From Neolecta irregularis DAH-3 (taxonomy: Eukaryota), in assembly GCA_001929475.1 (NCBI GenBank), contig LXFE01003012.1, positions 1-64,000 of the forward strand: DNA of 64,000 nucleotides. The letters are read 5' to 3'. The position numbers were made by a program, and so were the translations under genes. The stretch's first letter is position 1. Each line of letters opens with the position of its first letter. Below, piece after piece: positions 36,649 to 49,427 of the stretch. The notes beneath the pieces are model-generated. The model was not told the DNA's origin. It made no database searches and was given only the letters and a program-made list of their open reading frames with translations.

Positions 36649-39600
36649 ATGAATAATAAGCATGTCGCATCTTCTCAAACTCCATGCACGAACGAGACTG
36701 GCGAAGAATATGAAGCGTCTGAGTTTTGCGGGTTCAAGGATTATCTTCGCCGCAAAAAGATCAAACTACAGAATCAAGATGAGCAGGATCGAAGAGATCT
36801 GAATCAAGATCTGCCCAAAGTTTTTGAGGGATGTGTCATATATGCAAATGGATACATGAAACCATCTGCGAGCAATCTACGCCGTGCGGACCAGCTAGCT
36901 CGAGGAGATAAGCTGATTTATAGAGATGGTCCTAAAATATGGAGGCGTGTGGAAGCAATACCTGGAAGGGAAAACATCTATTACTCACATCGTTGCAACA
37001 TTGCTCACCCCTTCTAAACGGGTGGAATTCGCAAAATATAAGGTTGTCAAACCAGAGTGGATTGTCGAAAGTGTGCAAGCTCAAAGGTTACTCCCGTGGA
37101 CGGACTATCGAACTATCGAAGACGTACCGGGTCAAGCACTCCTACAATTTATTGGAGGTGGAAGTCAAATTTCACAACGAAAAAGCAATATTGATTCGTA
37201 TAAGAGTGGAAGTATCCGGAAGCTGAAGCCTCTCACACTTTCAAATTCTCAAATTTCGAAAGGAGATGAAAAGTCAAGATTTAGAAGCACCACTAAATCA
37301 TCAAAGGTTTCCCGGCCTAGATTAACAATTGGGGACGCTTTGCTTGAGAATCAGCGCCCAAAGACACCTATACATTTTATGAAACCATTGAAGTTCTCTC
37401 TTTCTGCGCCTATCAACATCCAAGGGCCTGTAATTCCTACGAAAGGCCTTTCACAAAAGAACAATATCGATGTCAAAGATCCAAAAATGCAATTTTCTAT
37501 GGCACATTCGTGTGCACAGGACGACTCACCTGTCAGGGTAGTCACTTCACAGACTATAGAAGAGAAAATAGATGCCAACCCTCTTTACGACACAATTAAA
37601 CAACCTCTTTCAAAGGAAGAAAAAGAAATTTTAAACGCAATACCAGTTGTTTGTTCTCTTGATCAAGTTCAGGGGATTCTTACGTCTGAGATCGTGCGAC
37701 CTCAACCCGACATAGCTCTCCCAGATACACGCAATCTTTATTTGACTTCAATCATCGACAGCAATTTAAACAGCTTCAATGAATCTGTTTCATCTGCTTT
37801 TAACGAACCAATAGTCCATAACACCTCTTGCCAGCTTCTTGCACAGTCGACAAATCTATTCATCGAAACACGTAATCCTGAGCCCCAAGAGCCTCAAAGA
37901 TTCAGGCCACTCACCGCAGAGCAACATAATTCGGATCTTCTCGCAGATCCCTCAATAAGAAAATCAACCACTGTCGACCCTAATTTCCTAAAATCATATT
38001 TTGGTCATTCTCGGTAATCTCTTTGCAAGCTTCATTATTCTTGACATGGTAGTCTCCATCATTTAAGTACATGGAAAGCCGACCTAAAACTGAAAATGCA
38101 GCAGTTTACTAGTATGAACAAACGTCTCTCAAAGAATCCTGACCCACAATCTCCAAGATTTATTATGCATATTGATTTCGATTGCTTCTTTGCTTCGATA
38201 AGTTTATTAGCCAGGCCAGAATTGGTAGATACACCTGTTTGCGTTGGTCATGGTGGAGTCATGATGGGTGAGATTGCAAGCTGTAATTACAAGGCAAGGG
38301 CATTTGGTGTTAAAAACGGGATGTGGTATTGCACTTTGTCCAGACTATGGGCTCATTTGAAGGATGAAGGAGGCACTTAAGCTGTGTCCTCAGCTTACTT
38401 GTTTGCCATATGATTTTCCAAGGTATGAAGAAGCATCCAGAATATTCTATGGAATATTGATCCCCGTATCCGCCGGTACATTACAAGCTGTATCTGTTGA
38501 TGAAGCTTTGTTGGATGTCACATCGTGCGTCAAAGGCCCTGATTATCAGGACAGTATCGATACACTCGCTCGACGGATTCGAGACGAAATCCGCGAAAAG
38601 ACATCTTGTGAAGTCAGTATTGGAATAGGCTCAAATATTCTTCTTGCAAAGATGGCATTGAAAAAGGCAAAGCCGGCTGGGCAGTACCAGCTGCAACCTC
38701 AAGAGGTCGACGATTTTCTTGCGGGCTTCGAAGTGACGAATTTACCAGGTGTAGGACTTAGCATCGCGAAACGTCTTGAGAATGAGCTGAATGTGAAAAG
38801 TATTGGTCAGCTGAGAGCTATCAAAGAGGAGGAACTGAAGAGAATCTTTGGTATAAAGACTAGCGAGAAACTCTATCGCATGGCACGCGGAATCGATGCG
38901 TCTGAAGTCGGCGAAGTTTCTGTGAGAAAAACAGTCAGCATTGAAGTCAATGTGCGCCTCGTCTCTATCTAATGTAAACTGATTGTAAGTGGGGAGTTCG
39001 CTTTGAAAATAAAGAACAGGTGGGTGACTTCATGTTCAACCTTGCTGGTGAACTACAGAAGCGGATGGTGAACCTTGGTTACTCTGGCAGACAGTTGACA
39101 TTGAAAGTAATGAGACGAGCATTAGGTTTATCATACGCTCGTTACCAAATTAATTATCCTCAGATGCCCCTCTCGATCCACCAAAACATCTGGGCCATGG
39201 GCTCTGTGATAGCTTCAACAAAAGTATTCTACTGGGATTCTCCACGAACGATCACGAAATTCTCGCAAGAGAAGTGCAAGGCTTGCTTAGAGGATTTGGA
39301 ATACCACCTGGCGAACTACGCGGCGTCGCTGTTCAGATGGGGAAATTGGAACCCGTAGGGTCGAAAACTGAAAGCAGGGATCAACGCCGACTTGAGTTTC
39401 CTGAGGCTGAAACGCATCTTAATATCAAGACTGACACTCCTCTCGCAGTTCTACATTCTTTGAAAGAACGTATACATCCGCCTTCAAAGGCATTTCATAC
39501 GCCGATTCAGCGACAAGCGAACCCGTCTTCGACTCCCCGAACTCAGTTTGAAATACCTACTCAGATAGATCCATCTGTTTTCAAAGATCTTCCCGAGGAT

Positions 39601-40467
39601 CTTCAAACAGAAATCTTGAGGATTCAGAGAAATAAAGAGCTTCAGTATTCGATCAATAGGAAAGGAATTGCTGTATTACCTTCACCCTCCCAGATAGATC
39701 CCAACGTTCTCAATGTATTACCGTCGAGTCTGAAGAAAGAACTTGAAACGGCGTATGCAAGCCGAAGTTATAGCAATCTCTTGAAAAGTCCACATAAACC
39801 ATTTGCCCCTTCAATTATTCGAAATTCACCGACTCGGAAAAACTCACCGACTCGAAAACGAACAATTACGATACCAACATCAAAACCAAAGCTGTTCACT
39901 CTGACTCAGGCTAAATATTTTCGAGGTCAAGACAATGACAAATCTTCCTTCCCGTCTTTTTCACCGAGCGATGGTTTTGACCGCGATATCCTCGCCGAAT
40001 TACCTAAAGATATTCGCCAGGAGATAATCGAACAGGCTCAGCGACAAAGAATTGCTGCGAAACGAAAGAAAGAACGAGCTGAAGCGGTTGTCCCAAAGCA
40101 AATACCGATTTATAAGAATCATCCGAAACTCACACTGCCCTCTGGACCTACTATAGCTACTTTCCAGAAACTGTCAGATCTAAGTGATCTGCGACAGCTC
40201 ATTGACGAATGGTTCCTTGATTGTAAAGAGGATGGTCCTCATATGGAAGATATTCATGCTTTTGCATCATATATCAACGAAGTAATTAAGACGGAGAAAA
40301 ATCTTTCAAAAGCGGAGAGTGTGATTCGCTGGTTTTTGGATGTTGTGGGCACTGGGGAAGGGAGTCTTGAGTGGAGGAATGCTATTGACGTGATAATAGC
40401 AGAAATTCGAAATGTTTGCAAGGAAAGAGGAATTGGTATGCTTCAGTTCAATTATGAAACGGTTTAA
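36649..40467 (+). CDS. REV1: Y-family translesion polymerase Rev1 (BRCT, IMS, UBM and C-terminal domains)
   Basis: YLRRKKIKLQNQD, VVKPEWIVES, SRLHHLSTWK, HIDFDCFF, IASCNYKARAFG, SVDEA; 5 GT-AG introns. Confidence 0.95.
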
Positions 40468-40754
40468 GGTCTGGGTATATTTTTAAGTTTGTAGATTGGG
40501 ACTTTTATAACGCACAGGCTGTAGTTGTCGAGTTCTCATGGGACTGAAATAACTTTCACAAAATGAAAAACCATTATGTTATGGATGGATAGTCACGGAG
40601 CTATTTTCGCAAGTAGGAAGTCTTGAACAGGATTTCCAAAAGAAAGCAATCTTGATACCAATTGTACAGTACAATAAAATACACCAAATTACTACCATAT
40701 AAATGACTCCTGCAACATTCCAGTTCGTCGATCTCAGATGATGCCTATTGCTGA

Positions 40755-41300
40755 TTATTTGAGCTCTTCAATTCCCCATCTTCGAACTCTTTTGTAATTT
40801 CCACGCCTCCATCTTCTACAATTTGCATCCCCCTCCTAACCAATTCTCCCTTCTGTTTCATGATGTCTTCGATCGTGATGTTGTGATCATGAAAGATCTA
40901 ACAGATTAACACCATTCACTACGAATATAGTGCCTTGAGATTATCAGCGATCAAGTGTCTGTTGTGGCAGGTTGGACATTGTATGAGTACTGTTCCGTTG
41001 TAGTAGGCTTGTTTTGACATTCGGTGAGTCGAGCGTTTCATGCACCTGGGAAGCTCAGCAGGGATTGTATACAAGGCGTACAAACTTTTTACAAGTAAAT
41101 GAAATATCGTAAGATGGCTGTATTCTTGCTACATGTTCACTCTTGTTCGTTTCGTTTTTGGTGAAAGTTTGGGAACTACTCTGTTTTGATCGAATGGACA
41201 GGTACAGGGGAAACAAAAAATTCTGTCTCGATAGGGATGCACAAGCCGGGGAAAGGGGGGCAAATCGTCTTAAAGTACATGTCTGCAGTTTTCGAGACAT
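40755..41300 (-). CDS. ZIM17: Mitochondrial DNL zinc-finger Hsp70 escort protein Zim17/Hep1
   Basis: FTCKKC…[30 protein letters not shown]; basic presequence; second intron GC-AG. Confidence 0.92.
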
Positions 41301-41468
41301 GAATATGAATATTGTTGGTGGTTGGAAAATTGCCGGGTTGGTATAGACTTGTGACCCCATCTTGTTGACGAATTATCTTCATCACCATTTTTGATGTTGA
41401 CCTTCTAAATCGCATTTTCTACGGAGAAACTCTGCTCAGGCAGTTGATTGAGATAAAAGAGAAGAATT

Positions 41469-44232
41469 ATGGCAACTCGCGGCGTTAAGCCGAAAATAAA
41501 ACCTCCTAAGAAAGTAATGCTCGTCAGCGAAAACACCACAATAGCTTACAACTTAAGACCGGACTCGCCAACAATTTTGACGAGTCTTGGCATATTTTGT
41601 CGCAGGCGATCCAGCAAATCTTTCGAAAAAATGCAAGTACTTTGTCATTTGAACGTAAAAGGAAAGTTTCCCGGTCTTCGGCTGACCATATACAGACCTG
41701 TACCGTAACAGTTACAATCTTGTGCTCCATAAGCAAGGACAGAAACTTTACGATTCAGTACAAGAAGTCGTGGCAAATCATTTGAATGACGTTGCGGAAA
41801 CTGTTCTTTCACCTGCTGCTGCTGCGATTCCCGAGTCGGCTGGATCAACAACTTTGCAAAGAAGAGATACCGGCACTGATTTCATGAAAACCATCAAAAG
41901 CATCTGGGAAGATCACGCAGTCTGCATGTCAATGGTTGCTAGTGTGTTTATGTATTTGGTATCCGAGTCTTTGCTTGAAATTATTGATGTCGGTATAGGA
42001 TCGCACGTATGTCAAACAAAACAATTTGCCGCAGGTTTATGATGCGTCCTTGAACACATTTCGCGACATAATCATCCGGTCAAAAACTCGCCAAACCGGA
42101 GATCTGCTCTCGCAAATAATTCTAGAACATATTCGAATGGAACGAGACGGAGACGAAATTGATCGATCATTGATCAAAGTATGCACAGATATGTTGAGCT
42201 ATCTCAGCAGCGATATCCCAAACTGTGATACGATATACCAGAGTGATTTTGAACCCTTATTCTTATCAACAAGTGGAGTCTTTTATAGCATCGAAGCCGC
42301 AACCCTGATCGCTGAATATTCCGCCAGCGCATATCTTCAGCATGTCGAAAGAAGGTTAAGGGAGGAAAAGCAAAGGACACAGCATTATATTACTGCAACC
42401 TCCGAACCTAAAATTCGGGCGATCGTTGAACAGCAACTGATTGGAAGGCATATGCAAACGATAATGGAGGTATTTACCTTTGCCATAAATCTAGTTAAAT
42501 TTTACAGATGGAAGGGTCTGGTCTTGCTCCTATGCTTGATAATGACCATATGGGAGATCTCAATCGAATGTATACGCTCTTCTTGCGATCAGACTCTGGT
42601 CTCAATGGTTTCAAAGCTTTTCTTCTCCAAAGGATAGTAGAGCTTGGCAAGAGTGTCAATTTCCAAGCTTTACCGCCCCCGAACAGAGATAGGTCTAGCA
42701 AGCATGCTGTCGAAAAGATAAGAGGGACGCAATTGGCACTGAAATGGGTGAAGGAAGTAATTCAGTTGAAAGACAAGTATGACAAGATTTGGAGAGAAGC
42801 CTTTGAAGGGGACAAGACGGTTCAAAATACTATAACGGATGTATAAGACTTATGCGATATTCGTTCTAGCTAATCTCTAGGCCTTTAGTCATTTCATCAA
42901 TCAAAATGAGAAGAGCGCTGAATTCATATCCCTGTTCATCGATGAAAATTTAAAAAAGGGACTCAAAGGCGTATTGTCAATGACTTGATGTGACTCATGT
43001 CTCAGAAAACAGAGCAAGAGACTGAAGATGTTCTTGACAAAACAATCACACTTTTCCGCTTTCTCTCGGACAAAGACCTGTTTGAAGGATACTACAAGAA
43101 TCACCTTGCAAAACGGTGGGTCTAAATCAATTTTTCATACTGATATTTAGACTCTTAACCGGAAGATCAGTATCTGATGATGCAGAGCGTGGGATGATTG
43201 CGAAACTGAAGATGGAGGTCGGTCATAACTTTACGCAAAAACTAGAAGGAATGCTGCGAGGTAAATTCTTCTCGTCAGAATACTTTGTTCATTGTGCAGA
43301 TATGAAGACATCGAATGATATGGCACAAGATTATAAAAACCACGTCGAACGCAAGAATGCAAAGGTCTGGTTTCTCTCGTTCACAAACTCACCTGTCAGC
43401 GAGCGTTTGAATTTACTGCTAATGTTCTTACCTCAACGCACTGGCCGTTCAGTTTAGCACCAGAAAAGGTGTCAACTTGTGCTTATCCTCGTGAAGCCGA
43501 AACTTCGCGCAAGTTGTTTCAAGATTTTTATCTGAATCGCTTTTCTGGCAGACAACTAGTCTGGCTTCCTACTATGGTAGATTGTTTGACCTTATATTTC
43601 CTGATGTCATAGGGTAACTGTGATTTACGGTTCCGGACAACTAAGAGGATTCATGAACTCAATGTGTCAACCTTTGCCATGACTGTTCTCATGCTCTTTA
43701 ACGACATACCTGAAGATCAAGCAATGACATTTGAAGAACTCAAAACTGCAACATCCATGAATGATCTTGACCTCAGTCGAACTTTGCAGTCCTTAGCATG
43801 CGCAAGATTCAAAATTCTCATGAAATCATCATCTGGCCCTGACGTCAGCCACAATGACAGTTTCTCTTTAAATGTCAACTTTACCCATGATACACTCCGC
43901 GTTCGAATTGCCACTATTGCCGCCAACAAAGTTGAAGATGACTCCGAACGCAAAGAGACGCTAGAAAAGATCGAGGAGATGCGAAAACATCTTACCGATG
44001 CTGCTATAATTCGAGTAATGAAAGATAGAAAAACTCTTTCGCATAATGATTTGGTTGTCGAAGTCACGAAACAGCTTGTCCAGCGCTTCGTACCGAGCCC
44101 GGTGAATATCAAGAAGAGAATTGAGGCGTTAATCGATCGAGAGTATCTTGAACGGACGGAAAAGGAGCGTAATACTTATAATTACTTGGTACGTTGCCTG
44201 TCTCTTTGCTGAATTAACGAATACAGGCATGA
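41469..44232 (+). CDS. CUL3: Cullin-3 (11 introns, 6-nt terminal coding exon)
   Basis: [50 protein letters not shown] (neddylation Lys), [19 protein letters not shown]. Confidence 0.93.
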
Positions 44233-44769
44233 GTTTCATAACTAGGAAGGTTTTGTGTATATATATTGTTTGGGATATCTACGCAATGTACGCAACCATC
44301 TTTGCAACCATTCTGAAACGACAAATCACGTTGTTTGCGTAATATGATTATGTGAACCTTCTGTCATGTGAATACACAGATGATTACAGAGCTATATGAT
44401 CGAGTATGACGTGGTCTGTCCGGCTGAAGCGAAGGTTTACACTTGCCTAAGTTTCGTCAATGCTTCCAATTCCGTTTCTCTTAAGGATTGTTCTGCGATG
44501 AACGAAATCTTGGCGAAAAGCTTTTTTTGCAATCCATGAAATACTTCTTCATATCTATCCTCTAGAAAAAAGTAGAAACAAAACACATTTAATCCAAAAA
44601 ACTCAATAGCAGCCCATCTACCTTCTAATTATTGAAAATTGTTTGTGTATCTGAAACAACTACTTTCCCATATCATTAGCTGGAGATGACATTGAATTGC
44701 CTGCTGAGCAAGTTCATCAGTTGATTTCAGGGTACATGTATATATCATTGAATTTATTCATCTTGAATG

Positions 44770-44863
44770 TCACATGTTAGGCCAGGCCCGGCGGATGAAA
44801 AAGCCCATGGGCCAGGCCAGACCCTCAGAAAAGCCTATGGGCTTAGGCCCATTCACAACACTG
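44770..44863. mobile_element. Solo terminal fragment of the same DNA-transposon family as 32023-32141
   Basis: Shared TCACATGTTA, CCATGGGCC.GGCC.GACCCTCAGAAAAG and terminal CAACACTG. Confidence 0.65.
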
Positions 44864-44945
44864 CCCATATGTGACCTGACAAAAATATTACCGAAACAAA
44901 ATGATGAAAAGAGGTAATAGTCCCGCCAATGGAATTAGTTCGGCG

Positions 44946-46345
44946 CTATTGTATTTCAGCACTGGATGTCTTTGATCCTCCTGTGTTGAGATAGCTAGCC
45001 GCTTCAACATTGATCGCTCCCGTACGATCGTATAAACTTCTCGCCCGAATATACGGATCGAAGCGGAAATAATCCTCACGAAACTGCTTCATCAACTCGT
45101 ACCTCTGCTCTTTCAATTTATCTTGATCATCATTCTCATCTGCTGCAATCCAGGATTGAGTAGTTCTTTCAAGTTTTGTAATTCTTTCGTCGCGCTCGGC
45201 GAGAATTGCGTCCCGCTGTTGGGTTTCTTTCATCAAGTTGTTTTCACCTGCGACCGGATCGACATAGGTATATACAAATTGATTGTTTCCACCGAACTCT
45301 TGAATTAACTGATCAGCGGAAATGAATTTTTCGAGATCAGCTGTGGTCCGAGTAAAATGTAGTTTGGAAGCAAATTCAGGATCCAGCAAGCCTTTGATGA
45401 TGTTCCAGATGCCTTCTCATGAGCTCTGGATCATATGGAAAATAGTACCCTGGAACCACCATGGTGCATTGTGGATCAGACAAATGCCCAAACATTCTGG
45501 ATAATAAGTCTCTAAACATTTTATCATAAACTTAGCAACAGGAAGGTCTAGATTAGCAAGCTACAAATTAGAAGTTGATGGAATTGAAGATATACCGAGA
45601 AACCGGTTATATCAACCACCATGCAACCCTGATCGACGTAGTCGTTCAGAAAAAATATGGCAGTTTCCATGTAGAAAGAAGTAAATTTTTGCATGGTTTC
45701 GAGCGATTGATGTGCAGGGAAATGTAAACGTGGTTTAATGTATGACAACGGTCGACCTTCCTTATCCGATCCGTACATGAATGCTTTCCCTGATTGCAGT
45801 TGTTTAATAAATTCTTCGTCATTGTTGAGAAAGAAATACTCTTCTCCCTCGGCTGCGAGGCGATCGACCTTGGGATAACACATTTCGCTTGTCCTCCAAT
45901 GAATAGTCGATAACAACATGACAAAAGCGCGGTGTACGTCCCACTTACGAGCCCGGAGAAAGCGTAGGAGCCAGGTGTCTGGATTCTCGAGTTTGACAAA
46001 ATTCCAAAATGCAGCACTAGAAGATCAATTTGGATGATTAATATAGATCAGGTACCGCAGGTCTTTGGGATCTTTGTTGGCTAGGTCATCCCGCATGTCC
46101 TTTGTCAAAGAATATTTATCCTGGGCAGGGTCAACGACAACAGCAGACTTTTTATTCAAAAGAGCAGCGAGTTTGAGTTTGTGCTTTCTTAGGTCCTTTT
46201 TGTCTGTAAAAATATTGTTGTGCTCGCCGTTTATGGGTTCGACTGTAGAGAACAGTATAAATACAGCAGCCCACATGTCCTTTAGACATTGCTCCTGACT
46301 GGAAGAAAGAGATCTGGGACGACCAAGCAGTAACGGAGTAGACAT
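44946..46345 (-). CDS. CRAL-TRIO / Sec14-family lipid-binding protein (Csr1-like)
   Basis: PDTWLLRFLRARKWDV, GSDKEGRP, DITGFSLANLD, ETYYPECLG…HNAPWWFQGIW…LDP. Confidence 0.9.
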
Positions 46346-46757
46346 TGTTGAAGGAGGGATGAATCCATGAAAACCCGGAAACAGGTATAGTACCTAATCT
46401 GGCCCCGACAACATTGGTCGGGTATAAATGAGTAAAATCCGTCTGAAACAGAGTCTGTTTTGACATTCCAGGCGCTAACTGTAAGTTTTGATACTCCGAA
46501 GTAAAAAGACCAGGTTTATAGTACTAGCCTAAGTGTTGTATCTTAGGCAAGGTATTCTAATTACATCAAGTTTATATCCGGCCATAAAGGCCGCAATATA
46601 ATTCCACGCCTCTTGCCGTATCAGTAAGATGTACCTGCAGGGTACATTTCTTACACTAACTCTCAATTTCCAGTGGTTAAAAATGTTCTTGTTCGCTCAT
46701 CCGGACGATGAGGGTTTAAGAATGATAGAAATCTAGTCGTTTTTTCGCTTTATTACC

Positions 46758-47856
46758 ATGCCTCTGTCAGCCCCCGATACCTCCCAGAATGTTCTCAGTC
46801 TCTTCAGTCTGAAGGAAAAAGTGGTTATCGTGACTGGTTCTTCTCGCGGAATCGGTCTACATGCTGCCAAGGGAATTGCCGAGGCTGGTGGTGATGTCCG
46901 TTTTATAATCGCATTGTGTTTTATGGTTTCAGGTTGCACTCATCTATTCTTCTGCCCAAGATACGGATCATGAGGCGGCCAATATATCAAACATATTTGG
47001 TGTAAAGTGTCACGCATACAAATGCGACGTGACAAATCTCGAAATTTTAAGCTCACAGCTCTCGAATCGTGGCTGATATTGTAGGTCAGCACCGTATTCA
47101 CCCAGATCAGAAAGGACTTTGGCAAAGTTGATGTTGTAATTGCCAACTCTGGTATGTTTCTCTGAAAATAATTGTTGCTCAACAAGTCAGGCGTATGCAT
47201 GCATGTCTCTGCATTGGTATATTGGAACACTGTCGGTCATTGATTTGTAAAAGGACACAACTGTAGCACAGTGGATGCGAATACAGAATGTAAACTACAA
47301 CGGCGCATTTTACACAGCGCAGGCAGCAGGCAAGTATGCAATACTGTTCCAGTTATCTCCTCACTATCCAGAATTTTCAAGGAACAGGGTTTTGGGAATC
47401 TCATTTTTACAGCAAGTATTTCCGGATCCATCGTCAATATTCCACAGCCCCAAGCTGCCGTACACTATCATGCTTTTCCAAGCTTATACAAAGTACAATG
47501 CCTCCAAGGCTGGTGTAATTCAACTCGCAAAGAGCTTGGCAATGGAATGGATCGATTTTGCCAGGGTTAATATTATTTCACCTGGATATATCGCAACCGT
47601 AGGCACATTCGTAATGGCAAATTGTTCAATTATTAGGATATGGTCAGCTCAGTCAAGAAGGAATGGCGCGATAAGTGGCACGAAGTCATTCCAGCTGAAC
47701 GTATGGCCGACCCAGCAGAGTTGAAAGGAGTATGTCTTGAAAACGCAAAAGAAATTATATTAATAACTCCAGTCTTTTGTTTTCTTGGCCAGCGATGCCA
47801 GCTCATACATAACTGGTCATAACCTGGTAGTTGATGGTGGCTACGTTTGCATTTAA
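46758..47856 (+). CDS. Short-chain dehydrogenase/reductase, sorbose/L-xylulose reductase (Sou1-like), 8 introns
   Basis: VTGSSRGIG, IFTASISGSIVNIPQPQAAYNASKA, SPGYIATD, DASSYITG. Confidence 0.9.
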
Positions 47857-49427
47857 AGAGAAAAGCTGTTTAGTGAGATTCAACTCCTTCAAAAAGAGAT
47901 GGCTTCTTCGAATCTGCAAGTCCCTTGATGAATTACGAAGAGTTGCGACTTGCAACCTCTGGCAACGATTATCTACTTGCAGCCTCTATTTTATTATCAT
48001 TATTGGCCACAAGAGTTATCTTTCCCTTAAGAATGACGATCAGTCATCTGAAGAATCAACTGGCAAGTCTGGTGTTCATTGACACTACTCACGTGGAATC
48101 ACTATCCACCAAATATACTTTGTGTTTGGAGTATCAACCGCCCTTCACTCCTCCTTCTTATCGCCATTTCCATTATTTGCTTTCAATCGATAAACCATGG
48201 CTCTGTGAGCTGTATCTGCAATCCGCATGTTTTTGTTGGAAAGCCTCTTACTTTTATTCGATTTCTCAAAGACAAGATAGAATTATCCGTCATTCAAGCG
48301 AATGGATAAAAGACGTACATTTGTTCATCTGATCCAAATCAATGAGATATATGGGCTAAATAGGTCGCTTCTCGCGATATTCTTGACGAGGTTCTCCTCC
48401 CCCTGGAATTGTCAACTACAAGGACTTTATGAAGAAACAGTCGCCTAATTCTTTGAAATAGCCAGCACAATTTATTGATTTCCTTCAAAGGTATATTGTT
48501 TGATATCTCAGTCTTTGTCATCATGGCGATTCGATTCTATTTCGCACGACTTTATCCAAAAGTGATTTAGCTGTTCGTGTGAGAGTCGAGAGAACAGGGT
48601 TTCTACAATCTAACCCAATTTCTGCCTGGGAAATGAATCTAGGTTAACGGAAGAGCGTGTCGCGGCATTGTAGTTTGCCGCCTTGAAAGGCTAATAGGAC
48701 GCCATCTATTGTAGGCAGTTTTCTTGATAACTCTTGCTCAGCCCTGAGATCAAAATCAAAAACTGTGTTTGAAGCAGCTGCAAGGAAAACATGGTATCGT
48801 GAATACATTGCATCCAAACGCAAACATGTATAATCAAAAGTATGGTCTTTTGACTGTGCAGTGAAAAGCAATTTGGAGCCGCTTTTCCGAGAGATTTGCA
48901 ACCACCCGACTAGAAAACTGTTCTTTTATCATCGGATTGGCTTACAAGTTTCATTCTTGCAACCATTAAGTGTCCTGACAAAGGAAAGAACACACTAAAT
49001 CTGGAAAGCAAGGTATTTTGCTCTCTGTGAAGCAGCGCTCTACTACTGGCTAGGACACTTTGTTGTTTCAAAATTCGGTATCAGTGGTTTCTAGTGTTGC
49101 TTGTAGATGGAAGCCTGTAAAAGTGACAAGGCTGGTTCCTTTGAACCAACGAGCTCAATGAACAGACTAAGAACTAGGACAACAGTGTGCTGCTTGTAGC
49201 CTGATTTTTCAGTACCAGTAGGAGCAAGGCCATGTCAATCATCAATCCCAAACAAAAACAGCAGCATCCAATAAGATTCTTTTGACCAAAACAGGCTAAA
49301 TTTTGCAAAGCAGCCTGAAGATAACCTAACCTACACCTCTTTAAATGTGATCAGGCTGATAGTTTTAAATAGGCTCCAAAGCAAATGCATTCCATGTTCT
49401 CTTGAAGATCCACCACCATTTTGCACC

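Noticed and set aside
46525-46650. Two short inverted repeats in the CRAL-TRIO/SDR divergent promoter
   Set aside because: 7-bp arms are expected by chance.
47925-48901. Short ORFs between the SDR and SP-RING genes (PIG-H and Oxa1 considered)
   Set aside because: No diagnostic motifs and no consistent spliced model.
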